DNA of 64,000 nt from Candidatus Magasanikiibacteriota bacterium. GTDB taxonomy: Bacteria > Patescibacteriota > Patescibacteriia > Magasanikbacterales > GWA2-37-8. The DNA is taken from assembly GCA_963802255.1 (NCBI GenBank), contig CAWDHY010000001.1, forward strand, positions 299,842-363,841, in the 5' to 3' direction. Shown here in pieces: positions 46,272 through 54,512 of this stretch. Position numbers and translations under genes: made by a program. Under the pieces are notes generated by a model. It was given only the letters and a program-made list of their open reading frames with translations, was not told the origin of the DNA and ran no database searches. Positions within the stretch are counted from its first letter, which is position 1. The number at the start of each line of letters is the position of its first letter.

Positions 46272-46577
46272 TCAGCATTGTTTGACTTTATAAGACTCAT
46301 TTTCCACTGGCGGTGCCAATTTTTCAGCTGTTTTTCTCTGCTGATCGCGTGCTTTGGTTCTGTAAAAGTTTCGTAGTAAACTAGCTTTTCTTAGATTATA
46401 TCTTTTTGTGAATCCTTCATTTATTCCATTTTTGTGTTCCCAGATTCGTCGTTCCAGATTATTGGTTATTCCGACGTACAGTGTTGTATTGGTGAAATTT
46501 GTAAGTATGTACACGTAGAAAGTATTCCTCCCCATAATTGATAGATGCTGAAACAAGTTCAGCATGACATGGCGCAA
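46272..46577 (-). CDS. GIY-YIG nuclease domain protein (small, UPF0213-like)
   Basis: FYVYILTNFTNTTLYVGITNNLERRIWEHKNG. The likely start is the ATG at 46565, inside hairpin copy B3. Confidence 0.75.
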   Translation of the reverse strand: MRHVMLNLFQHLSIMGRNTFYVYILTNFTNTTLYVGITNNLERRIWEHKNGINEGFTKRYNLRKASLLRNFYRTKARDQQRKTAEKLAPPVENESYKVKQC

Positions 46578-46578
46578 G

Positions 46579-47082
46579 CTATCTTGTAATAAAATAAAAT
46601 ATTGCTGAAAGTAGAGCGAGCACGGCGACAGGCAATACTACTTTTTCATAGGGAAAGTGTGCTTTGCCGTGGTTTTTAATTTTTAGATAATCGTAAAGTT
46701 TTGTGGTGATAGCAAATGCGACACTGCCGATTATTACGCCCAGAACAAATTTATCCACACCCCAGAGTTTATTATATGGGTGGCCGGTTATTCCCATGTA
46801 GTAGAGTGGGATAAAGGTTAGTCCATAATAAAATATTGCCACCAGAATCTTTCGTCCGTAAAATTTGAGATTTTTTTTGTCTAGTAAATTTATTGTCCAA
46901 AAAGTAATGGAAGCAATCAGTGCACCCGACCAAAGCCCTGTGACAGTATCATCTATTCCAAGCCAGCGTGAAAGCCCAAGACCGCCGGCAACTGCAACTG
47001 TGCAGACAGGACAAATAGCTTTAGCCGGAAGTGCAAAAAATAACGGTCCGATAATAGCAAGTATTTTTATTATTTTTTTCAT
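46579..47082 (-). CDS. membrane protein with signal peptide and CPVC motif (possible thiol-disulfide oxidoreductase partner)
   Basis: MKKIIKILAIIGPLFFALPAKAICPVCTV followed by about 4 TM segments. The ORF is open to 47229, but the ATG at 47082 avoids overlap with the next gene. Confidence 0.4.
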   Translation of the reverse strand: MKKIIKILAIIGPLFFALPAKAICPVCTVAVAGGLGLSRWLGIDDTVTGLWSGALIASITFWTINLLDKKNLKFYGRKILVAIFYYGLTFIPLYYMGITGHPYNKLWGVDKFVLGVIIGSVAFAITTKLYDYLKIKNHGKAHFPYEKVVLPVAVLALLSAIFYFITR

Positions 47083-47123
47083 GATATTTCTAGATTGCAA
47101 TGGTAGTATAGCCGGATGGCGAA

Positions 47124-47516
47124 TTATAACCGGCCTTGGAAATAATTTATGATATCTTGATCGCCGACATAGCATGTACCTTTGTCGTAAAGCAGGGGAA
47201 CACCAACCGAAGTCAGGTCTAAATCGCATAGAGCCGCCCGCGTCATCAGTTCATTATTGTTTTTTATATTGTTCAGAACCTCTTTGTGTTCAACTTTTAT
47301 TTTTTCCTCCACCTTATTCTCATACAGATATTGCTCGACAATTTTGCAGTGAGGGCAATCCTCGCGGTAGTAAAGCGACAAAGCGCTTGTCGGGTCGCTA
47401 AAATTATTTTTAGCGTTTGTATTAGTGTCCTTGGTGATAAACCAAACCAAAACCAGGGATACAAGAGCTACGGTGATAATTAATAATACATTTTGAGCAG
47501 TAGTTGGTTTTTTCAT
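47124..47516 (-). CDS. membrane-anchored thioredoxin/glutaredoxin-like protein (CPHC active site)
   Basis: N-terminal TM, then YYREDCPHCKIVEQYL ... VPLLY..GTCYVG. Confidence 0.6.
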   Translation of the reverse strand: MKKPTTAQNVLLIITVALVSLVLVWFITKDTNTNAKNNFSDPTSALSLYYREDCPHCKIVEQYLYENKVEEKIKVEHKEVLNNIKNNNELMTRAALCDLDLTSVGVPLLYDKGTCYVGDQDIINYFQGRL

Positions 47517-47574
47517 ATTTTGAAGCTAAATGTGGTCATATTTTATCAGATTAATCATGCTTTGCATAGAGGAT

Positions 47575-47605
47575 AAAAAATCCGCCCTTGGGGCGGATTT
47601 TGCTT
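47575..47605 (-). terminator. intrinsic terminator downstream of rpmB
   Basis: aaaaaatccgcccttggggcggattttg. On the - strand the hairpin is followed by tttttt. Confidence 0.65.
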
Positions 47606-47639
47606 TAGTAAATTTTCACCCCAATCGGTCAAAATAGAT

Positions 47640-47819
47640 TTAAGCAGCCAATTTTTTGCGTAAAGTCCTGCGACAGGTCGTGCATGCTTTCACTTTGGCT
47701 CCGGACATTTTTACAGTCTGCAAATTCGGTTTTTGGTGTCGCGGTGTCTTGATATTTGAGTGTGATACATGGTTGGCTCTGGCCGCTGATTTACCGCAAA
47801 GATTGCAAGTTCGGCTCAT
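47640..47819 (-). CDS. rpmB: 50S ribosomal protein L28
   Basis: 59-aa ORF absent from the ORF track (below 60 aa): MSRTCNLCGKSAARANHVSHSNIKTPRHQKPNLQTVKMSGAKVKACTTCRRTLRKKLAA. This is the L28 pattern with a C4 zinc motif. Confidence 0.85.
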   Translation of the reverse strand: MSRTCNLCGKSAARANHVSHSNIKTPRHQKPNLQTVKMSGAKVKACTTCRRTLRKKLAA

Positions 47820-47945
47820 ATTGAATTTATAGCTAAAATAAGTTACAATAAACGCATTATATACAGATTAATGTATATTGTCAACCCTGTTAAATCCTCG
47901 CGAAGCGAGGACCGTCTTCGGCGGTATTTAACAGGGTCAATAGTT

Positions 47946-48551
47946 ATGAATTTCCTACAGCTTGTTTTCTATTTTTTCATTATTATCCCTTCAGCCATTA
48001 TTCACGAATATGCCCATGGCTGGATGGCAGACAGATTGGGTGATCCGACCGCGCGTTATGCCGGCCGGCTGACTTTAGATCCAAGAGCCCATATTGATAT
48101 TTGGGGTACTATTTTGATGCCTTTGATGTTATTTGCTTTATCCAATGGCACCTTCTTATTTGCCTATGCCAAGCCGGTACCGTATAACCCGTATAATTTA
48201 AAAAATCATAAATGGGGGCCGGCTTTAGTGGCGCTCGCCGGACCGATGGCGAATCTGCTTTTAGCTGTTGCTTTTGCCGCAGTTATCCGTATTTTTCCAA
48301 CGGTTCCGGCAGTGGATTTTTTCTACATCATCGTTTATGCCAATGTTCTTCTTTTAGTATTTAATTTAGTGCCGATTCCGCCGCTTGACGGTTCAAAAAT
48401 TTTGTACGCAATATTGCCTGACTCGGCACGCGGAGTGCGTGATTTTTTGGAACGTTACAGTTTTATTTTGCTCATGATTTTTATTTTCTTTTTGTTTGAG
48501 TTGATTGTGCCGGTAATACAATGGGTTATGAAATTATTAATTGGAATTTAA
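47946..48551 (+). CDS. peptidase M50 (site-2 protease) family protein
   Basis: IIHEYAHGWMADRLGD (HExxH) and NLVPIPPLDGSKIL (LDG motif). The ORF is open from 47871 only because it translates an upstream hairpin. Confidence 0.75.
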   Translation: MNFLQLVFYFFIIIPSAIIHEYAHGWMADRLGDPTARYAGRLTLDPRAHIDIWGTILMPLMLFALSNGTFLFAYAKPVPYNPYNLKNHKWGPALVALAGPMANLLLAVAFAAVIRIFPTVPAVDFFYIIVYANVLLLVFNLVPIPPLDGSKILYAILPDSARGVRDFLERYSFILLMIFIFFLFELIVPVIQWVMKLLIGI

Positions 48552-48571
48552 TATTTAATTTATTTCATTTT

Positions 48572-48919
48572 ATGAAATTACTTCTACGATGGTTGGTTAG
48601 TGCGGCGGCGTTGATGCTCATCGCCATGTATGTGCCGGGTATTGGCATTGCAAATTTTTATAGCGCGCTTATTGCCGCTTTAATTTTTGGTTTGATCAAC
48701 GCGCTGATAAGGCCCCTTGCCTTGCTTCTTACGTTACCGGTGAATATTTTGACGCTCGGATTGTTTACGTTGGTAATCAACGCGGCGATGTTCTGGCTTG
48801 CTTCAACAATTGTAAAAGGGTTTTATGTATCGGGTTTTTGGCCGGCTTTCTGGGGTGCTCTCATTATGTGGCTGGTGGCCTGGTTCACGAACATGGTGTT
48901 GAAGAATAAAGCGTATTAA
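48572..48919 (+). CDS. small 4-TM membrane protein, phage-holin-4_2 (PF04020)-like
   Basis: MKLLLRWLVSAAALMLIAMYVPGIGIANFYSALIAALIFGLINALIRPLALLLTLPVNILTLGLFTLVINAAMFWLAS. Confidence 0.55.
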   Translation: MKLLLRWLVSAAALMLIAMYVPGIGIANFYSALIAALIFGLINALIRPLALLLTLPVNILTLGLFTLVINAAMFWLASTIVKGFYVSGFWPAFWGALIMWLVAWFTNMVLKNKAY

Positions 48920-49109
48920 TGTTTTTTGTAATCGTCGGGACGGATTAATATTGATGGAATATGAAAAAAGGCGACGTGAAGCTGGTTCAAATGAAATTCA
49001 AGGAAACCATTTCAAAATTGCGAAACGACCAGATTGTTGTCGCGCAGAAATTTTATGATAAGAAAAGCCGGGAGAAAGCCGATATAATACGCAAAAAAAT
49101 TTCTTCTTT

Positions 49110-52100
49110 ATGAGCGATGAGATGGAACAAGAAAAAGGGAGAAGCGCTGAAACAGCGCCAGAAAGCGTTGAGCGCGCCGAAGCGCCTGATTTGAATCCTG
49201 AAGCGACGCCGGAAGAAGTCAGCCGGGTTATCCGAGAGTCAGAAGCTGATGTAACTTCACTAAAAGACTCGGGCGAGCAACTGGCGAGTAAGGCTGAAGG
49301 CGACCCGGAAGCGGCCGCACCTTTGGCCGACATTGCAAAACAAGCTGATGAGGCCCTGGTAGTTTTAGAATCGGCTCTTTTATCGGACCAAGATAAGAAT
49401 ACGGAAAAAAGTGAGGGAGAAGAATTGCTGGCCGGCTATAAAACAGCATTGGAAAAAGTCCGTGTGCTGAGCGAGAAATATCTGACTCAAATTGAAAATG
49501 ATGAACAGATACCACTGGATGACAAAGAACAAGAGGTCGCTGACAACGCGATGGAATTAATTAATAAATACTCCGAGTCCAATCCGGGCGAAGCGCTTAA
49601 AGTTTTGGTCGATGCGAAAATTCCGGCCGAAGTTGAAAAGGAATTTACCGAGCGAATATACAAAGATGTTTGCCGGTCAAATCCGCTTGATGCCACAACG
49701 GCGTTTGAGAGTTTTCTAAAAGAGAATTCTTCCATGTCAGAACAAGAAATTCAGGCCGTTGTTGAGGACCATCGGGGTTACGCGAAATCGGTCAGGTCCG
49801 ATTATTTTCACGGCCAAGTTGAAAAATCGATACAGGACGGAGATATTATATCCGCCATAAACAGTTATTTGGATTATTCCGCGGACAAAAATATAGACCA
49901 ATATTTAAAAAATCAGCTTAATGAAAAAATTGGAAACAAAATTCGGGATGAAGTTAAAAAAGATTTAAACTCAGGAATAGATTTTTATCGCAGTATTCCG
50001 GACACTTATGATATTGAAGGCGCCGGAGGCGACGCTATCTTTGATGGAGCGTCGGCTGAATTTTTTGGGCCCAATGGCTATAACAAGGAAAAAATTAAAG
50101 AGCGAAATCAGTTTTTGATGGAACGGCTGAAGGATGTGCCGGAAGTTCTGGCATCGGCCGCCTTCAGCGAACTACGCTGGGAAAACAGCAGTAATTGGTC
50201 CAAAGAGGAGAGCGAAGAAATTTTAAATGCGATTTTGAAAAATGGCCGCCATCAGGAAATATTGGGAAAAGCGTATCTGGACCGGTTTCCAAAAGAAAGC
50301 CAGGACAAACTGAAACCGGTATTGTTTAACGAGTACGTGAAATATAATCAGTTGGCGATATTAAATCAATTTGAAGAGCTGCATGACTTGTTTGCCGGAT
50401 TGCCGGAGGACCGGCAAAATGAGATGATTATTTCCTGGTTGAAAGATAAACCGCGCGATTTTTTACGGCAGCATGACAAATATCCCGGTCTTTTCAAATT
50501 AAACGAAGAACAGACTTCCGTCCTGGTCAGTCAGATAATTATAGAGCTTCCGCATTTACTTTCTGACGTCGTTTCCAAGTTTGGTGAAAAGGCATTTGTT
50601 GACGCGGTAAATAACGCCCGCGAAGCGCGAAATCACAGTGTTATTGTCAGCTTGACCAGATCGTCAAATTTTGAATTGCTTCAAAAAATACTTTCACCGG
50701 ACGCTTTTGCCGCTTTGCAGAAAAGTACCGCTCGTTTTGTTGAACCGTTTACGGGTTCAAATAAAGATAGGGTCCGTCCGCTGCTGGCAACATTGGCTGA
50801 AGCCAATAAAGATTTTTACGCCACGGATACGGACGTGGAAACTTTTTCATCGTACTTGGATACATTTGGCATACAGCCGACGCCCCGATTGTATGAATAT
50901 TTCTCCAATATTCAAAAAATGCAGAAAGGAGAAATTTCCGGTTTACCTGAGTTACAAGCGCAATCCGGTTTGGACACGGTTGAAAAACTGAAAGACCGCC
51001 TCAAAGAAATGCGTGACAAAATAATTAACGGAGAAATACCGACCTCGGACGAGATGACTGATTTTGATTATGATATTTTGGCAGTAGAAACCGCTTTTCA
51101 CACGAGTGTATTTTCCAGGTCAAACAAGAATATTCGGGAAATGCACCGGCAGTTTGAGCAAAATGTTGAAAACAATAAAATTGCGCCTTTGCCGCCCGAA
51201 TATAGCCCGATGGGGCTCAAGGTTGAAAGAGTCAAAATCAATGAATCCGGACTTGAATCTTGTCAGGAAGAATACAGCCGTTATCGGACAGATATTTTAG
51301 AGGCGGAAAAGTTATTAAAACCGGAAGGTTTGGATGCAATGAAAAAGCAGATTGCGGAAGCTGTCGTCGCCGAGATCGCCGTCCTTGAAAGAAGTGCCGG
51401 CCAGAATTTAAACCCGGAAAGATTAGCGGCGCAAAATAAAAGGAAAGACGGTCTCGTCAGTGGCTCTGAGGGAATTTCGCGGTCCGGATCAGTTGATGAG
51501 TTTATGAAAGCGGTTCTTAGATTGGAAAATAACTTGGGAATAAAAAAGACAGCTTCTTTCTCCACGCCATTTTTGCGCCGGGCTTTATTCGCAAAAACAA
51601 TGTCGGAATTTTCCGGTTTTGAACAGATAAACCAATCAATCGTTGAAAGCGAAACACCCACTTTGGATGGCGTACATTTCATCCGTGATATTATTTCAAA
51701 TGCGCTAAAAGAGCATGTACTCAACGAAACTGAGGCGGAAAAATATTTTAATCCTGACTTCGTATTGTCATCAAAGGAAATTGCCAAATTGAGGAAAATA
51801 TTCCCTTCGGATAAAATTCAACAAACACTTGATAATATTGAAGGCAACTTGGAGGGTAAAAAAGAAACCATTGATATGGTGCCGGACCGCGGATTTGCCG
51901 GAGAATTAGCAGGATATTACAGCGACGCTTGTTATACCAGAATTGATAATATGCTTGAGCAGTGGCCGAATGTTATACCATGTAAATTCGTCAGGTCACG
52001 GGAAGGGGATAATACTAAAGAATTGGTTGGAGCCGTAATTTTAATTGAGAGTATCAGCGCGGAGAAAAAGCCGGTTTTGATAGTTAGAGCGAATAATCCA

Positions 52101-52364
52101 CGCGATAAATATTTGGATACGCTCCAGGCTGAAAGTTTTTGTGATGAAGTTGAGCGCGCCGCGGTTGAATATGCTAAAAAACGCGGCATTGAGCAAGTGC
52201 TTGTAGCATCAGCAGCTGGTACAGTGAGTAACCGCGGTAAGATAAATAATCGTGTTGCCGAAAAAGTTAATGCCGGGGCAACGAAAGTAAAGTTAATGGA
52301 CTCTCTTAAGTTTAATGGTTATGAGATTCAAGACGATTGTATTTTAGCGGCCGAAGTAAAATAA
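49110..52364 (+). CDS. large (1084 aa) acidic hypothetical protein, no TM, no recognisable domain
   Basis: Continuous ORF. Acidic N-terminal 130 aa. No P-loop or metal motif seen. Confidence 0.5.
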   Translation: MSDEMEQEKGRSAETAPESVERAEAPDLNPEATPEEVSRVIRESEADVTSLKDSGEQLASKAEGDPEAAAPLADIAKQADEALVVLESALLSDQDKNTEKSEGEELLAGYKTALEKVRVLSEKYLTQIENDEQIPLDDKEQEVADNAMELINKYSESNPGEALKVLVDAKIPAEVEKEFTERIYKDVCRSNPLDATTAFESFLKENSSMSEQEIQAVVEDHRGYAKSVRSDYFHGQVEKSIQDGDIISAINSYLDYSADKNIDQYLKNQLNEKIGNKIRDEVKKDLNSGIDFYRSIPDTYDIEGAGGDAIFDGASAEFFGPNGYNKEKIKERNQFLMERLKDVPEVLASAAFSELRWENSSNWSKEESEEILNAILKNGRHQEILGKAYLDRFPKESQDKLKPVLFNEYVKYNQLAILNQFEELHDLFAGLPEDRQNEMIISWLKDKPRDFLRQHDKYPGLFKLNEEQTSVLVSQIIIELPHLLSDVVSKFGEKAFVDAVNNAREARNHSVIVSLTRSSNFELLQKILSPDAFAALQKSTARFVEPFTGSNKDRVRPLLATLAEANKDFYATDTDVETFSSYLDTFGIQPTPRLYEYFSNIQKMQKGEISGLPELQAQSGLDTVEKLKDRLKEMRDKIINGEIPTSDEMTDFDYDILAVETAFHTSVFSRSNKNIREMHRQFEQNVENNKIAPLPPEYSPMGLKVERVKINESGLESCQEEYSRYRTDILEAEKLLKPEGLDAMKKQIAEAVVAEIAVLERSAGQNLNPERLAAQNKRKDGLVSGSEGISRSGSVDEFMKAVLRLENNLGIKKTASFSTPFLRRALFAKTMSEFSGFEQINQSIVESETPTLDGVHFIRDIISNALKEHVLNETEAEKYFNPDFVLSSKEIAKLRKIFPSDKIQQTLDNIEGNLEGKKETIDMVPDRGFAGELAGYYSDACYTRIDNMLEQWPNVIPCKFVRSREGDNTKELVGAVILIESISAEKKPVLIVRANNPRDKYLDTLQAESFCDEVERAAVEYAKKRGIEQVLVASAAGTVSNRGKINNRVAEKVNAGATKVKLMDSLKFNGYEIQDDCILAAEVK

Positions 52365-52365
52365 T

Positions 52366-52527
52366 ATGAAAAATTATTCTTCCAACCGCGCACAAAAAGG
52401 AAAGACGGCTTACCGGACGCCGAGTTTGTTTAAGGCAAATAAAAGCATTAACTATGCGGATATAAAAAGCCGGGTCAATAGCGACCGGTGGAATAAGAAA
52501 ATAGATAAAAAAATTATGAAAAAATAA
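52366..52527 (+). CDS. candidate small basic protein (53 aa)
   Basis: MKNYSSNRAQKGKTAYRTPSLFKANKSINYADIKSRVNSDRWNKKIDKKIMKK. It starts 2 nt after the previous stop, is below 60 aa and so is absent from the track. Confidence 0.25.
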   Translation: MKNYSSNRAQKGKTAYRTPSLFKANKSINYADIKSRVNSDRWNKKIDKKIMKK

Positions 52528-52712
52528 TACCAATTGTTTTTCACTTGGCGGGTCGCTCATCATTCCCAAAACCGGATTTGATATTAAGTTTTTGAAGGTT
52601 TTCAAAAAAATGATTGTTGGGATTAATAAAAAAGGGCTGACGATTTATTATTGTTTGTGGCGGGGGAGCGACTTGCCGGCAGTATCAGGCGGCAGCAAAG
52701 TGGGTCGGGAAA

Positions 52713-53207
52713 ATGACGGCGAAAGATTTAGACATGATTGGCATCCAGACAACGCGTTTTAACGCTTTTTTTATTAAAACAATTTTTGGTAAACTGGCGC
52801 ATCCTGAACTGACAAAAAAGCCGGAGCAGAAATATGCGTGGAAAGAAAAAATATTGGTCGGTGCCGGCTGGGAGCCGGGCTGGTCGAGTGATTATGACGC
52901 AGTGGCACTGGCCAAAACATATGGAGCGAAGACTGTAATAAATCTTTCTAACATTGAATATGTATACGATAGCGACCCGCGAAAAAATCCAAAGGCGAAA
53001 AAATTGGTAAATATTTCCTGGAAAGATTTTAGAAAAATTGTCGGCAATAAATGGATACCGGGTGCTAACCTTCCATTTGACCCGATTGCAAGCAAATTAG
53101 CCGATAAAAACAAAATAAAAGTAATTGTGATGAATGGCGCGAATCTAAAGGAAGTAAAAAAGGCGATTGAGGGGAAGGGCTTTATTGGTACAACTATTGG
53201 GGCTTGA
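52713..53207 (+). CDS. pyrH: UMP kinase, archaeal-type (amino-acid kinase fold). Only the region from the Gly-loop onward is in frame; the N-terminus is disrupted.
   Basis: The frame reads IIVCGGG...DMIGIQTTRFNA...VYDSDPRKNPKAKKL...GTTIG. This is collinear with Pyrococcus-type UMPK (VVGGGKLARKY...DFIGIQITRANA...VYTADPKKDPTAKKI...GTTIEP). In-frame TGAs lie at 52611 and 52638. Confidence 0.7.
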   Translation: MTAKDLDMIGIQTTRFNAFFIKTIFGKLAHPELTKKPEQKYAWKEKILVGAGWEPGWSSDYDAVALAKTYGAKTVINLSNIEYVYDSDPRKNPKAKKLVNISWKDFRKIVGNKWIPGANLPFDPIASKLADKNKIKVIVMNGANLKEVKKAIEGKGFIGTTIGA

Positions 53208-53460
53208 CATTTTTTTCACAATTTGTTATCATTTTCTAAGTCCTTGAAGCAATTCGCCTAAGGCGGACGCTACGGGGCAGGCCATAGACAGTAGCGCCCA
53301 ATTGGGTTAATTATGCTACCGAGGCAATCTTACCGGTTTTCTGGATTCCCGCCTGCGCGGGAATGACAAGTGAACCGAACAAGGTCGAAGATTGTTTTTA
53401 GAGTCTGTGGTTTAACACCACAGTTTTATTTTTTATAAACTGCGGTTATAAACCATTATT
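53204..53460 (+). promoter_or_regulatory. rplJ promoter and ~230-nt leader with an attenuator-like hairpin
   Basis: ttgaca-N17-tatcat at 53204-53232. Leader hairpin ctgtggtttaacaccacag followed by ttttatttttt at about 53405-53436. A palindromic repeat copy lies at 53341-53367. Confidence 0.4.
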
Positions 53461-53982
53461 ATGCCAAAATCAAGACAGCAAAAAGAAGCAACACTATCGT
53501 CTTTAGGTGACGGCTTGAAAGCCGCAAAAGCGTCAGTTTTTGCGAATTTTCAGGGTTTAACCGTGGCAGAGGCCGATGAACTACGCAACCTTTGCCGTAA
53601 AGAAGGCGTCAAAGTTTTGGTTGCTAAGAAAACATTGGTTAGAAAAGCCTTTAATGAGCTCGGTTTAGAAGCCGACCCTAAGGTTTACGAAGGCGGTATA
53701 GCGACATTTTTCGGCACGACCGATGAAGTTGCTCCGGCGAGAATTGTTAATGACTTTGCCAAAAAGCATCAAGTTGTAGCGATTTTTGGCGGTACATTAG
53801 ACGGTAAATATATTGATGCCATGTTTGTTAAGAGCCTTGCCGCTTTGCCAAGCAAACAGCAATTGCTGGGCCAGTTGGTCGGCACTCTCAACGCACCGGT
53901 TTCCGGGTTTGTCAATGTATTAGCCGGCAATTTGCGCGGTTTGGTATCAGTACTTAATAATATTAAAGAAGCGAAAGCTTAA
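53461..53982 (+). CDS. rplJ: 50S ribosomal protein L10
   Basis: [60 protein letters not shown]. Confidence 0.9.
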   Translation: MPKSRQQKEATLSSLGDGLKAAKASVFANFQGLTVAEADELRNLCRKEGVKVLVAKKTLVRKAFNELGLEADPKVYEGGIATFFGTTDEVAPARIVNDFAKKHQVVAIFGGTLDGKYIDAMFVKSLAALPSKQQLLGQLVGTLNAPVSGFVNVLAGNLRGLVSVLNNIKEAKA

Positions 53983-53992
53983 ATATAATTTT

Positions 53993-54394
53993 ATGTCAGA
54001 AGAAAAAAAGGAAGTTATTGTCCCCGAGAAATTTAAAAAGCTCGTGGAAGAGGTTGAAAAAATGTCCGTTCTTGACCTTTCCGAATTAGTTAAGGTTTTG
54101 GAAGATAAGTTCGGCGTATCAGCTGCCGCTCCGGCTATGATGATGGCCGCTGCTCCGGCTGCCGCCGCCGCTGCTGAAGAAAAATCCGAGTTCAATGTTG
54201 AACTTGTGAATTGCGGTGAAAATAAGATCAACGTGATCAAGGCGGTAAAAGAAATCACCGGGCTTGGTTTGGCCGAAGCAAAAGCTTTGGTTGACGGCGC
54301 CCCGAAAATGGTAAAAGAAGGTGTGAAGAAAGAAGAAGCCGAGGAAATGAAAAAGAAAATTGAAGATGCCGGCGGAAAGGTGAATTTAAAATAA
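53993..54394 (+). CDS. rplL: 50S ribosomal protein L7/L12
   Basis: N-terminal dimerisation region, Ala/Pro hinge [21 protein letters not shown], and C-terminal domain ...[26 protein letters not shown]. Confidence 0.9.
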   Translation: MSEEKKEVIVPEKFKKLVEEVEKMSVLDLSELVKVLEDKFGVSAAAPAMMMAAAPAAAAAAEEKSEFNVELVNCGENKINVIKAVKEITGLGLAEAKALVDGAPKMVKEGVKKEEAEEMKKKIEDAGGKVNLK

Positions 54395-54483
54395 TTCTTT
54401 CAGAATTATTTTAAATTCATCCTGAACCCCGCAAAGCGGGGTGAAGGATCCCTTCGGCAAGAAATAACAAATTAGAATAAAAA

Positions 54484-54512
54484 ATCCGCTCAATTGAGCG
54501 GATTTTTTATTT
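54484..54512. terminator. bidirectional intrinsic terminator (rplL + / cysS -)
   Basis: aaaaaatccgctcaattgagcggattttttattttttt. Confidence 0.7.

Noticed and set aside
47871-47945. Upstream extension of the M50 protease ORF (MYIVNPVKSSRSEDRLRRYLTGS...).
   Set aside because: It is the translation of the compound hairpin element; the conserved protein begins at the ATG at 47946.
52611-52640. In-frame TGA codons in pyrH considered as evidence for genetic code 25 (UGA = Gly), as in some CPR lineages.
   Set aside because: Other genes in the window (the ligA C-terminal part at 61073, the 28500-29498 gene) terminate precisely at TGA where homology ends, and two TGAs occur within 30 nt here. A frame disruption is more parsimonious.
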